Positions 30,200 through 46,762 of a stretch of DNA of 64,000 bases are shown here, in pieces (the first letter of the stretch is position 1; the number at the start of each line of letters is the position of its first letter). The notes under the pieces were generated by a model that saw nothing but the letters and a program-made list of their open reading frames with translations, was not told where the DNA came from and searched no databases. A program made the position numbers and the translations under genes. Source of the DNA: the human T2T-CHM13v2.0 reference genome, Homo sapiens. The stretch is taken from NCBI RefSeq assembly GCF_009914755.1, contig NC_060926.1; one strand, 5' to 3'.

Positions 30200-30925
30200 G
30201 CTACTTTATGAATGAGCCGAGGAAGGCACTGAGACGTTAAGTAACTTGCCCAAGGTCACGCAGCTTGGCAGAGCAAGAATTACTATGGCTTTATAAGCCT
30301 AGAAAAAAGTCTGAAAGAATCAAAATGTTAACAGCGGGGACCTCAAGGAAGCATTGAAGAGGCCATGGGAGAAGTTTTCACTTTGTTAAAAAATCAGTCC
30401 TTCAAATAAATAAATACAGTGAGGCTTCCCCAGAAGCAGATGTCACTATGCTTCCTGTACAGCCTGTGGAACTGTGAGCCAGTTAAACCTCTTTTCTTTA
30501 TAAATTATCCAGTCTTAGGTATTTCTTTATAACAGTGCTAGGATGAGCTGATACAGTTTCCTACACTGTAACCTAAGGCAATGCTTTGCACAAAGGGATG
30601 AGCCAGATTGCTTAGTAATTAAAACGCAAATACAAACCACAAGCATATCCATTCATGAATTGGGGGGCTGCTTTGTGTGCATAGATAAGGTATATTTTTT
30701 AAAAAAATTATTTTTCCAAGAAGAAAATAAACCAGTTAATAAACGACAACTCACAGTGCCAGGAAGTGAGAAACAAGTGTGTGATAAACGGTGGAGAATG
30801 GGAGCACTCTCCGCAGTGGGCGGGAGGAGACGAGGAGGGCGTTCCCTGGGGAGTGGCAGTGGTTGGAGCAAAGGTTTGGAGGAGGTAAGTCATGTGCTCT
30901 GAGTTTTTGGTTTCTGTTTCACCTT
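30200..30925 (+). promoter_or_regulatory. CASP8: CASP8 upstream promoter: ETS CAGGAAGT 30760-30767, GC box ~30817, ISRE-like GGTTTCTGTTTC ~30909-30920, site of the -652 6N indel at 30265/30266
   Basis: Motifs read directly from sequence immediately upstream of exon 1. Confidence 0.7.
30420..30666 (+). repeat. Direct duplicate (~246 bp) of 27710-27956 (3' part of MST LTR plus its unique flank)
   Basis: Manual alignment: 11 substitutions, no indels, constant offset 2710. Confidence 0.95.
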
Positions 30926-31005
30926 GTGTCTGAGCTGGTCTGAAGGCTGGTTGTTCAGACTGAGCTTCCTGCCTGCCTGTACCCCGCCAACAGCTTCAGA
31001 AGAAG
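30894..31005 (+). other. CASP8: CASP8 most upstream non-coding first exon (start approximate)
   Basis: Recognised CASP8 5' UTR sequence; |gtgact donor at 31006. GC box (gggcggga) and ETS site upstream. Confidence 0.8.
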
Positions 31006-31466
31006 GTGACTGGTGGCTGCCTGAGGAATACCAGTGGGCAAGAGAATTAGCATTTCTGGAGCATCTGCTGTCTGTGAGATTAAGCACTATGTATATTGCT
31101 TTATTCACTCCCCACAGCAACCTTACCAAGCAGTTCTTTTCCACGTGAAAAGATGGAGGCTGGGTGGAGCAAAAGGAGGTATTTAGAGTCCTCAGCAAGT
31201 GAGAGGCAGAGCTGGGATTTGAATCCAGATCTGCCTGATACTGAAGTCTAGGCTGGTTCCACCTCTCCGGACTGCTTTCCAGGGAGTAGAAGACAGATAT
31301 TTTACCTTAGCTGGCTGCTTCTAGAAGTCTGACCCTGCTGGCTCAAAACGACTTTAGTTCCTTGCCCAGAGGCTGCGGGCTGCGGGTCAAGACATCAGTA
31401 GAAGGAGGGCCCAGCCAGAGAGGCTGACATGGGCTTCTACTCACCGTCATCTCTCCTTCCTTCCAG

Positions 31467-31563
31467 GAGCAGCCCCTGGGTGCGTCCACTTTCTGGGCAC
31501 GTGAGGTTGGGCCTTGGCCGCCTGAGCCCTTGAGTTGGTCACTTGAACCTTGGGAATATTGAG
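31467..31563 (+). other. CASP8: CASP8 non-coding exon 2 (97 nt)
   Basis: ccttccttccag| acceptor and strong GAG|gtaagc donor; recognised 5' UTR sequence. Confidence 0.85.
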
Positions 31564-33175
31564 GTAAGCCTGGGATTTCCAGAGGAGGTTTGGGGGAAAG
31601 AGAAGTGGTGAACGCTATTACTGTTCCCTATCTAGACACCAGTGGGCCGAGTGGAGCAGATGCCAGTTGGGACCTTCCCGCCCTCTCTTTGGTTATTAAT
31701 CCATTATTGTTCCCTGTACACTGGTATGAGTGGATGGGGGAAGTATTTAGCCAAGTTTTTGAGACCTGTACTCGGAGCTAAAATGCATTGTCTTCCTATA
31801 GTGCGGGACCCCACAACTGTGGAGGAGCCGCAGGGGATACTGGGTAGTACGCAGACATTATGCACTAAATGACAATGGCTCACATAGTGAAAAGTTATTC
31901 TTTTTTATTTTTTTTTTTGAGAGGGAGTCTTGCTCTGTCGCCTAGCCTGGAGTGCAGTGGCGCGATCTCAGCTCACTGATATCGCCGCCTCCCGGGTTCA
32001 GGTGATTCTCGTGTCTCAGCCTCCTGAGTAGCTGGGATTACAGGCACCTGCTTCCATGCCTGGCTAATTTTTTTTTTTGTATTTTTAGTAGAGATGGGGG
32101 GGTCTCACCATGTTGGCCAGGCTGGTCTCAAACTTCTGGCCCCAAGTGATCTACCCACCTTGGCCTCCCAAAGTGCTGGGATTACAGGCCTGAGCCACTG
32201 CACCCGGCTGATTTCACATTTTTAGATAATATGACCACATTATAAAAATTTATGTATTTTTATATAATGTGACCACTAGATGAAAGCAATATACTTAGGC
32301 TTTTATTTCTTGGTTAAGTTCCTACTTATTATGAATTTACTCTGCATGCCAGGAATTCTAAGAATTTGCATGTATTAACTCATTTGATTCTCGTAATAAC
32401 CTTCACATGCAGGAGTCACTATTACAGTGACTGTATGAATGAGGAAAGAAAGGCACTAACAGAATTGATTTTATGTTACTTAGGTCAAGATTTTATGTTA
32501 TTTAGGTCAAGGTTAATTGTGTTGTTCAAATCTTGTATAACTCTACTGCTTGTCTGTCTTTCTTACCCATTATCGAGAAGGGAACATAAAAATCTTACAC
32601 TATGACTGTAGATTGTCAATTTCTCATTTTAAATTAGGATCATTTTTCCTTTATGTCTGCCTTATGTGATATTAGTATAATGATATCAGTTGGTACATCT
32701 TTTTCCATCCTTATACTTTCAGTGTTTCGGTGTTCTTATACTTGAAATGTGTCTGCCGTAAGTGGTGTATTGTTCAAGTTTTTCTTTTATTATAGAAAAA
32801 TGTATTCTGGAAGGTACTTTTCTTAAAATTACAGTATTTAGTCCATTTTCATTTAATGTAATTGTCAATATAATTGGGCTAAAATCTACTATATTTCCAG
32901 TTGTTTTTTATTCGTGGCATCAATTCACTTTTCTCTACTTTCTTGATTTCTTTTAGACGAATTAAGTAATTTTAGAAAGTTCACCTTACTCCTTTATTAG
33001 CTTGTTAATTATGCATGCTTTTAGTATTCTCTTAGTAATTGCACTTGAGTTGTACTACCTAATAGTACAGCCACATGTTGTTTAAAACAGCTTTACTGAG
33101 ATATGATTGATATACAACAAATGGCATATAAAGTATATAATTTGATAAGTTTTGACATATGTATGACATATATGA

Positions 33176-33539
33176 CAGTCATATAGACACACTCATATAT
33201 ATATTCATGTGCCATTTCAGTCAATGACCGACCACATATATGATGGTGGTCTCATAAGATTATAATACGGTATTTTTACTGTACCATTTCTATGTTTAGA
33301 TATATTTAGATATGCAAATACTTACCATTGTGTTACAATTGCCTACAATATTCAATACAGTAACATGCTTTGTAGGTCTGCATCTTAGGAGTAATAGTCT
33401 AGACCATATAGCCTAGGTGTGTAGTAGGCTATACCATCTAGGTTTTGCATAAGTACATTCTATGATGTTGGCATAATGACGAAATCACTGACGATGCTTT
33501 TCTTGGAACTTATGCCTGTCATTAAGTGACGTATGACTG
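33176..33539. mobile_element. Tigger3/MER7-like DNA transposon
   Basis: cagtcat...atgactg termini; internal tagcctaggtgtgtagtaggctataccatctaggttt. Confidence 0.8.
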
Positions 33540-34474
33540 TATATATTTGAGTGGAACTATCACTGCAGTCAGGATAGTGAACATATATATTACCTCCAAA
33601 ATATTTCGTATGCCCTCTTGAATCCTGTCCTCCTGCCCCTCCCCACCCCTGCTCCTTTTAGGCATTTAGTTCTGTAAATTTTCTCCTAGCCTTGCTTTAG
33701 CGGCATCCCATGCATTTTGATATTTTGTTTTGATTTTAATTTAATTCAATACTACATAATTTCCTTTTGATTTCTTTTTTGACCCATGGATTATTTAGAG
33801 TTGTGTTATTTCATTTCCAAATATTTGGGGATTTTCCAGACATGTTTCTGTTGTCCAGGCCAATAACAAATTCCTGACGCCATGAAGTCAAAGATCTAAC
33901 TCCCCAGGGGGAGAGTTATGCCCAAGAACCATCGGTATTTTGTGTTAGTGGTCATTGCCAGAGTGAATTCCACAGTGTTTGTGATAAACCCTAATAATTC
34001 CACCAGAGGGCAGCAAGCCAACATGAAAATTCTATTAAAAAGTCTTTTTTTAGAGACAAGAGTTTGGCTCTGCTGCCCAGGCTGGAGTGCAGTGGTGTGA
34101 CCTCGGCTTACCGAACCCTGGCCCCACCGCAGACTCAACCTCCCAGGCTCAAGTGATTCTCCCACTTCAGCTCCCCATCTGCGAGTAGCTGGAATATAGG
34201 TGCGCATCACCGCACCTAGTTAATTTTTGCATTTTTTGTAGAGATGGAGTTTCATCATGTTTCCCAGGCTTGTCTTGAACTCCTGGGCTCAAGCTATCCA
34301 TCTGCCTCGGCTGCCCAAAGTGCCGAGATGACAGGCGTGGGCCACTGTGCCTGGCCAGACAGAAGTTTTCAAGTAAAGAATAAATTTAGCTGAAGAGCAG
34401 TGTCAAATTATTTCTATCCCCACCCTCCTGAATTAAATCTTCATAGTCTCTGATTCTCTTTGTCATATTCTTAA

Positions 34475-34744
<270 letters not shown>

Positions 34745-34888
34745 TAGCCAGGCTGGTCTCAAACTTTTGACCTCAAGTGATCTGCCCGCCTCGGCTTCCC
34801 AAAGTGCTGGGATTACAGGCGTGAGCCACCTTGTCCAGACCCTTTTCTCTATCTTTATGAAAACATCTCTCCAGTAGATCTTCAGAGT

Positions 34889-34926
<38 letters not shown>

Positions 34927-35676
34927 AGAAAAAGAAAAGAAAACATCCAGCAAGGTCTCGGAGGAAAAATAGAAAATTAGAAGACTGGAGTGAGTCATGT
35001 TGATTTTCTGGTGTAAAATTTGTATCGAAACCTTACATAAATACTGAAGAATTCACAAGTTGTAAATATACAGCTTGGTGACTGATTTTGATATCCAGAC
35101 AGTTTTTTTCCCACTTGCACACACTCCCCGCAAGAATGCATGCTGGTTTGTAAAGTCATTAATTTACTGGTGCATCAGTGGATGGCTCTGTGTCTTCTGG
35201 CTTTATCTTGGCCCAGAAAGACAGGAATTAACGTTGAGCCTAGTAGTCTTTGGCCTTTGTGCCAAAGCAGTCTGTGGGCCAGCCTTGTGTAGTGATCAAG
35301 CAGTATGTTTAGATGTCAGGCATGACACGGGTTAAAAAGCCAGCTAGGGGAAAAATGGGAAGTGGCATTTTGCGATCTCATCAAACAATCTTGATATAAA
35401 CTTAGAGAACAGCCTCTTGGCAAATGGAGAGCAGCTGTAGGTTTCTGACTGAATGTGCAAGAAGAACGTGAATGAAAGAGATATACTAGGTGGGAGCAGT
35501 CAGGGTAGACTTCCTGGAGGAAGTGGACAGTGTTGTGTGGATTCACACTTTGGAGATATCAAAGAGGAAGAGTATTCCAAGTGGGGGTAACAAATAACAA
35601 GGGAGGCAAAAAAGAAAAGTATGAGGGAACAACAGGATGTTGTCAGGAAACTAAGGCTGAGCTGAAATCCAGGTGA

Positions 35677-36111
<435 letters not shown>

Positions 36112-36208
36112 TGAACTCCTGGCCTCAAGTAATCTGCCCGCTTTGGGCTTCAAAAGTGCTAGGATTACAGGTGTGAGCCACTGCACCCAGTCTTTTCCTT
36201 ACTTTTTA

Positions 36209-36879
36209 TTTTATTTATTTATTTATTTATTTTTTAATTGATCATTCTTGGGTGTTTCTCACAGAGGAGGATTTGGCAGGGTCACAGGACAATAGTGGAG
36301 GGAAGGTCAGCAGATAAACAAGTGAACAAAGGTCTCTGGTTTTCCTAGGCAGAGGACCCTGCGGCCTTCCGCAGTGTTTGTGTCCCTGGGTACTTGAGAT
36401 TAGGGAGTGGTGATGACTCTTAAGGAGCATGCTGCCTTCAAGCATCTGTTTAACAAAGCACATCTTGCACCGCCCTTAATCCATTCAACCCTGAGTGGAT
36501 ACAGCACATGTTTCAGAGAGCACAGGGTTGGGGGTAAGGTCACAGATCTACAGGATCCCAAGGCAGAAGAATTTTTCTTAGTATAGAGCAAAATGAAAAG
36601 TCTCCCATGTCTACCTCTCTCTACACAGACACGGCAACCATCCAATTTCTCAATCTTTTCCCCACCTTTCCCCCCTTTCTGTTCCACAAAACCGCCCTTG
36701 TCATCATGGCCCGTTCTCAATGAGCTGCTGGGTACACCTCCCAGACGGGGTGGTGGCCGGGCAGAGGGGCTCCTCACCTCCCAGTAGGGGCGGCCGGGCA
36801 GAGGCGCCCCTCATCTCCCAGACGGGGCGGCTGGCCGGGCGGGGGGCTGACCCCCCACCTCCCTCCCGGACGGGGCGGC
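36209..36879 (-). mobile_element. 5'-truncated SVA (SINE-R + a few VNTR units), young-subfamily-like, 14-bp TSD
   Basis: Antisense SINE-R (gatcattcttgggtgtttctc...), GC-rich VNTR units, T-rich tail. TTCCTTACTTTTTA at 36195-36208 and 36880-36893. Confidence 0.95.
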
Positions 36880-37789
36880 TTCCTTACTTTTTAAAAATAC
36901 GTTTGTCTTCAACTATTGGATATCTTCATCTAATTTCTAGTGTTTTTTTTGGTTGTTGTTGGCTTATTTGATTTTTACTTTTTGGTTAATAACAAACCTT
37001 TTAAGGAGTTACATAGACTCTTATCAGTTTACTTTTCTAATTTGTTTTCTCCTGAATTCTCAGTTACCTTGGATTGATTGTGCTTTGGGTTCATCTTGCT
37101 TTTTCTTAGTGGCTACTTTCAGTTTCCTTCCTCTTCAGTTTGGCAATTTTTTCCCTTTTCAAGCAAGGAGCTCCTCCCTGTTGAGGCGTCACGGGTGGCG
37201 GGCAATCCTTACCCGGATCCTCCCACAGCTTGCTCTCTGGAAGCTCACACTGCACCGTAATTATGAAACTTTTGATATTGTCCCTGATGGCTTCTGATGC
37301 AAGCTGGGACAGCATTTGTCTGTTGATAAGTGAAACCAAGTTCCTGAGATCTGGCTCTCTTTTGCCCTTCTATCCAATACCAGCAAGGCCCTAGTTTCAG
37401 AGCATTTTGGGGACTTATGATCCCTTCTAGTTACCTCTGCATCTGTGCCCCTTTTCCCCTCAAATTAGTTCATAGAGATTTTTGAAGCACCCATGTTACT
37501 CAAATAGGCCCATTTTTAGCATGTGGGAGGTAAGGCCTAGATGTGAATCCCTCATAAGCCAGGCAGATCAAACTGTGTGTATGCATGCAGATTTGGCCCA
37601 GGAACACTCTTCTCCTTCAGGGCCCATTGTCTACAAGGACAGAAAAGAATTCTTAAGGCCATTCACTATCTCACATTTTCTGTTATTTTTCTGTCTTTTC
37701 CTTTTCCCCCTACCCACAGAGAAACATTAGAATCATTGCCCTTTAGAAGAGCAGAACTATGATGCCTCCTGTCAGGGATGGAACGAGGC

Positions 37790-40710
37790 ATTCCATGCAG
37801 ATGACAACCCAAAGAGAGCAAGAGTGGCTCTATTTATATCAGACAAAATCGACTTTAAGTCAAAAACTGTCACAAGAGACATTAAAGTATATTATATAAT
37901 GAAAAAAGCATCAATCCACCATGAAGATATAACAATTATAAATATATGCACTCAATATCAGAGCACCTAAATATATGAAACAAACAATGACAGAACTGAA
38001 GGGAGAAATAGCCAGCCATACAAAAATAGTAGGAGACTTCAACACTGTACTTTAAATAATGGATAGAACATTCAGACAGAAGATTAATAAGGAAACAGGG
38101 GACTTAAACAACATTATAGACCAAATGGACCGAACAGAAATACACAGAACGTTCCACCCTACAGCAGTAGAACACACATTATCCTCAAATGCACATGGAA
38201 CTTTCTCCAAGGTAGATCACAAGTTGGGTCACAAAACAAGTCTTTGCAAATTTAAGAGACTGAAATCATACCATGTATCTTTTCTGACCATGATGGAATG
38301 AAACTAAAAATCAATGGCAGAAGGAAAAATAGAAAGTTCACAAATATGTGGAAATTAAACAACACACTCTTGAACAACAATTAGGCCATAAAAATAAAAA
38401 AAGAAATTAGGAAATATCTTGAGATAAATGAAAAGAAAAGCACAACATACCCAAACTTACAGGATAAAAGCAGTACTAAGCAAAGAAGTACTAAGAGGTA
38501 CTTTATTGCAATACACATCTGCAGTGAAAAAGAAGAAAGATCTCAAGTAAATAGTCTAACTTCGTGCCTCAAGGAGAGGAGAAGAAGATGAAGAAGAAGA
38601 GGAACTAAGCCTAAAATTAGTGAAGGAAATAACAAAGATTAGAGTAGGAACCAAGAAAATACAGAATAGAAAAGCAATAGAAAAAAAATCAACAAATTTT
38701 TTGAAAAGAATAACAAAAGAATTGGTTTTTTGAAAAGATAAACAAAATCAACAAATCCTTAGTTAGGCTAAGTAAGAAAGAGAGAAGACTCAAATAAACA
38801 ATATCAGAAATAAAAGAGGAGACATTACAACTGATGCCACAGAAATAAAAACATGAGGCTATAATGAACAATTCTATTCCAACAAACTGGATAATCTAGA
38901 AGAAATGAATAAATTCACAAAACCTTCCAATCTACGATGACTGAATCATGAAGAAATACAAAGTCTGAACAGACTTATAACTAATGTGGAGGTTTAGTCA
39001 ATAATCAAAAATGTTCCCCAAACGAAGAAGTCCAGGACCAGATGGCTTCACAGGTGAATTCTTCCAAACATCTCAAGAAGAATTAATGCCAGTTCTTCTT
39101 AAACTATTTTTAAAAATTGAAGAAGAGGGCACACTTCCAAATTTATTTTATGTGGCCAACATTATCCCGATACCAAAGCCAAACAAAGACACCACAAGAA
39201 ATGAAAACTGCAGGTCAATATCTCTGATGAATATACATATAAAAACTCATAACAAAATACTAGCAAATCAAATTCAACAGTACATTTAAATGATCGTACA
39301 TCCTGACTGAGTGGCATTTATCCCTAGGATACAAGTATGGATCAACATACAAAAATAAATCAGTGCGAAATGGCCTATTAACAGGGCAAAGATATAAAGA
39401 TAACATGATCATCTCAATAGATGCAGAGAAAGCATTTGACAAAATTCAATACCCTTTCGTGATTAAACAATTTTTCAACAAACTGGAAATAGAGTCTCAA
39501 CATCATCAAGACCATATATAAGAAAATTTTCACTGTTGAGTATTATATTAGATGTGAGCTTTTCATATATGGGATTCATAATATGTTTCAAATATATTAC
39601 AAAGCTATAGTAATTGAAACAGCATGGGAATAGCATAAAGACAAACACATAGGCCATCAGAAGAGAAGAGAGAGCTCAGAAATAAATCCATGCATATACA
39701 GTGCCTTAGTCCATTCAGCCTGCTAAAACAAAATACCATAGACTGGTGGCTTATAAAACACAGAAATTTATTTTTCACAGTTCTGGAGGCTAGGAAATTC
39801 AAGATCAAGTAGCTAGCAGATTTGCTATCTAGTGAGGGCCTGCTTCTTGGTTCATAAATGGCCATCTTCTCCATGTGTCCTCATGGAATTAGGGTGATGG
39901 AGCGCTCTGGGATTTCTTTTATAAGGCACTAGTCCCATTCATAAGTGCTCTACCTTCATCACCTAATCACCTCCCAAAGGTCCCATCTCCAAATACCAAC
40001 ACATAGGGGATTAGGTTTCAACATATGAATTTTAGGGGAAACAAACATCAGTCTATTGCATATACTACCTAAAGCAATCTACAAATTTGGTGTGATCTCT
40101 ATTAACATCCCAATGGATTTTTTTTTTACAGAAAAAAACCTCTGAAGTATAAAAAGGACCACAAATAGCTAAATCAGTTTTGAGGAAGAACAAAGCTAGA
40201 AGCACCATACTTCCTGATTTCTAAATATATTATACTCCCATGGTCATAGCAGCACTATTTACAGTAGCCAAGATGTGCAAACAACCTAAATATCTAGGAT
40301 GGGGAAAGAAAATGTGGTAGTCACATAAAATGGAATATTATTTGCCTTATAAAGGAGGGAAATTCTATAATATAAGACAACATGGATGAATCTTGAAGAC
40401 ATTATGCTAAGTGAAATAAGCCAGTCACCAAAAGACAAATACTGTATGATTCTACTTACATGTGGTATCTAAAGTAGTCAAATTTATAGAATCAAAGAGT
40501 GGAATGGTGGTTGCCAGGGGCTGGGGAGGGGGGAAATGAGTTGCCTGTCAACAAGCATAAAGTTTTAGTTAAGCAAGATGAGTAAGTTCTAGAGATCTGC
40601 TGTACAACATTGTACCTATAGTCAACAATACTGTATTGTACACTTAAACATTTGCTAAGAGGGTAGATCTCACTTAAATGTTCTTACTACAATAAAATAT
40701 AATTGATAAA
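37790..40710 (+). mobile_element. Old L1 (L1M/L1MA) ORF2 and 3' UTR remnant with internal deletions
   Basis: ORF 38059..38301 (endonuclease-like) and ORF 39011..39289 ([13 protein letters not shown] region); L1MA-like 3' end. Confidence 0.88.
39702..40060 (-). mobile_element. MLT1A-like MaLR LTR inside the L1
   Basis: cttagtccattcag...aaaataccatagactggtggcttataa...cacagttctggaggct...tttcaacatatgaattt. Confidence 0.8.
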
Positions 40711-41229
40711 GCAATAGAAAAGGATTCCTATACATAGGATTCCTATACATAAAAAGGTCAATACCTAATTTCCATTTAATTAAAAGCAATGAATAGTCAA
40801 TTTACACACAAGACAATTTCTGTTATTGAGGCAGCTATAGGATATAGAAGAGATTTCCCAACTCACTTTGCAAGGTGCACATAGCCTTGAATCCACAAGC
40901 ATAATGTAAATAATTTACTTTTAAGAAACTCAGACAGAAAAATCCTATAATCATCTCAAAAGATCCTGACATTTCTTTTTGATAATTTAATGCCCCTTTC
41001 TGATTTTTGTCAAATACTAGGAAGCTAATAGGTAAGGAAAAGTCCCTAACTTGATAAAAATACCTACCAGATGCCCAAATCAAAAATCATATGAATTAGG
41101 AAGTTCTGGAGTGCTTCTCATTAAACTCAGGAACGTGTAATATCGTTATTAATGTATTGTTCCACCCTGTTTTGGAGGGCCTGGCCAATTTAACAAGTTA
41201 GGTGATTTGATAAGTTAGTTTAATACGCA

Positions 41230-43692
<2,463 letters not shown>

Positions 43693-44841
43693 TAAAAAGA
43701 CAGCCCAGGGCACAAAACAGGGTGTTGTTCCTGCCTCTGGGTCCCCAGCCAGTCTGCCTCTACTTTCCACCTCTCAGGGTTGTGTGATTGTCTGTTGATT
43801 TATTCCCAGGGTATTTAGGTGTCCTTAGAGGGGAGAAGCAGGGAAAAGTGAATCTATGCCATCGTGTCTCGGAACTGGAAGTCCACCCCCATCCCCACAC
43901 ACACTAGAATTGCAGAAGAAAAATAAGATGAGAACTTGAGTGAAAAAAACATATTATTATGCAATCATCAAATGTTTGGACAGAAAGTGTTCTTAGACAA
44001 CCTCTAGTCTAATTTCTCACATTTGGAAATCTGGAAGTTGGACTAAGACCTGAATCGACCACCCTCACCCCCAGTTCAGCTGACTGACTCCCCAGCCTGT
44101 ATTCTCGCCATTCCACACCAGGATCTGTCCTGAGGCTTTGAAAAAATGTGAACTGCATGTCCTGCTCAGATCCCAACCCTCCCACACCACTTTGCTAAGA
44201 GTCTGTTCTGTCTGCAAAAATCCCAAAAGTTGTGTCAACTGGAACGCAAAATGTTCTTCATTTGACTTTCATTGTTTTTTGGAATTTTGGGGGGCCAGGG
44301 AGGAGCAAGAAAGGAGCTGCAATTGCCCTTGGGTAAGATTTGCTTAGAATTTTAGGAAGAAGTTGTCTGGGCACAGTGGCTTACTCCTGTAATCCCAGCA
44401 CTTTGGGAGGCCGAGGTGGGTGGATCACGAGATCAGGAGTTCAAGACCAGCCTGGCCAAGATGGTGAAACCCTGTCTCTACTAAAAATACAAAAACTAGC
44501 TGGGTGCAGTGGCAGGCGCCTGTATTCTGCTAGGGAGCTGAGGCAGGAGAATTGCTTGAGCTGGCGGGGTGGAGGTTGCAGTGAACCAAGATCACACCAC
44601 TGCACTCCAGGCTGGGTGGCAGAGTGAGACTGTCTGTCTCAAAAAAAAAAAAAAAAAAAAAAAAAGAAGAATTTTAGGAAGAAATCTATCTGATTCTAGA
44701 ATTATCTAGGCTGTTGAGGATGTGTGTCTGGTGGCCACTGGGACATCAGGGTGAGACTTTTCTTTTAACTGCATGTATGTGAATTAGGTTGCTTCTGGAG
44801 CCTACTGAGAGCTCACTGGGTCCCCATAGCATCCATGCTGA

Positions 44842-45298
<457 letters not shown>

Positions 45299-45300
45299 TA

Positions 45301-45405
<105 letters not shown>

Positions 45406-46525
45406 TTAGTAGAGATGGGGGTCTCACTATGTTTGTCAGGCTGGTCTTGGACTCCTGGCCTCAAGTGATCCACCTGCCTCAGCCTCCCAAATTGGTAGGA
45501 TTACAGGTGTGAGTCACTGTGCCTGGACAGCACCACCTATTAGTGAATGACAGCCTTGACTTTTGAGGCTAAAACTTTCCACTTCTTTAGTATAGTAATT
45601 AAATCTCTCGCTTTTTCTACTATTTCGGTAATTAAGCAGGTAAAGAAAAATATCCAGAACAATATAATAGGGAGTAGGGCAAGAAAATCCTGAGGAACCA
45701 CGACCTGTGGGTGGATCGAGTGCAGGGGTCCTTGAGTGTAGCTGGTTGCAGGAAGGCCCCAGCAGAAGGGGGCTTTGATGAGCATCCACCTTGTGTACCG
45801 AGTGAATGTCCGTCCAGATGAGGTGCGGATGCAGCTGACAATGGAGGCGACTGTAATGGACTATCCCAAGTAGCAACATCATCAATTTAGGTTTTCAGCC
45901 TGAGTGAGACTTTCAGTTAATACTCAACTGAAAACAAGATGCAAATTTTCCTTCAGAAATTTGTTGAAAGTGTTTTCACTTTGGTACTATTGATCTATTA
46001 AAGGGCTGAGATGCAGAGGAGACACCATTGTGTAATTTCTAGTGGCCGCTCTTTTTGTCCGTTATCTGTTCACTGTTCTATCCATGCTGTTCTGCCACAC
46101 CCCTTTTTCACTTACCAACACATGTTGGAGATTGCTCTCTATCATAGCATTTCCTCTCCTATTCTCTAGCCTGCCTCTTCACTCTCTTAATGGTATCATT
46201 TTTCTGAAAAGAAGCTCTTAATTCTAAAATGGTCCTGTTGGTGGTTTTTTCCCCTTATGGTCAGCACTTTTTGTGTCCTTTTTGAGTTTTTGTCTACTCC
46301 AATATCATAAAGACATTCTCTTAGGATTTCTCATAAAGTTTTACTGCTTCCTTCTTTTTTGAGAGAGTCTTACTCTGTTGCCCAGGCTGGAGTGCAGTGC
46401 TGCGATCTTGGCTCACTACAACCTCTGCCTCCTGGGTTCAAGCAATTCTCATGACTCAGCCTCCTGAGTAGCTGGGACTACAGGTGCCCCCCACCATGCC
46501 CAGCCAATTTTTGTATTTTTAGTAG

Positions 46526-46762
<237 letters not shown>

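Noticed and set aside
36209-36879. Identifying this SVA with the disease-associated CASP8 SVA-E insertion
   Set aside because: As I recall, that element lies in a late intron downstream of the coding start, outside this window. This one is in the 5' UTR intron and is truncated.
36242-36971. ORFs of 64-125 aa around 36.2-37.0 kb
   Set aside because: Translations of SVA SINE-R/VNTR sequence, not host genes.
39011-39289. Reverse-transcriptase-like ORF as an active element
   Set aside because: Short fragment of a heavily mutated, deleted and LTR-interrupted L1 ORF2.
40721-40750. Perfect 15-bp tandem duplication AGGATTCCTATACAT x2
   Set aside because: Ordinary slippage-type duplication near an L1 tail; no functional cue.
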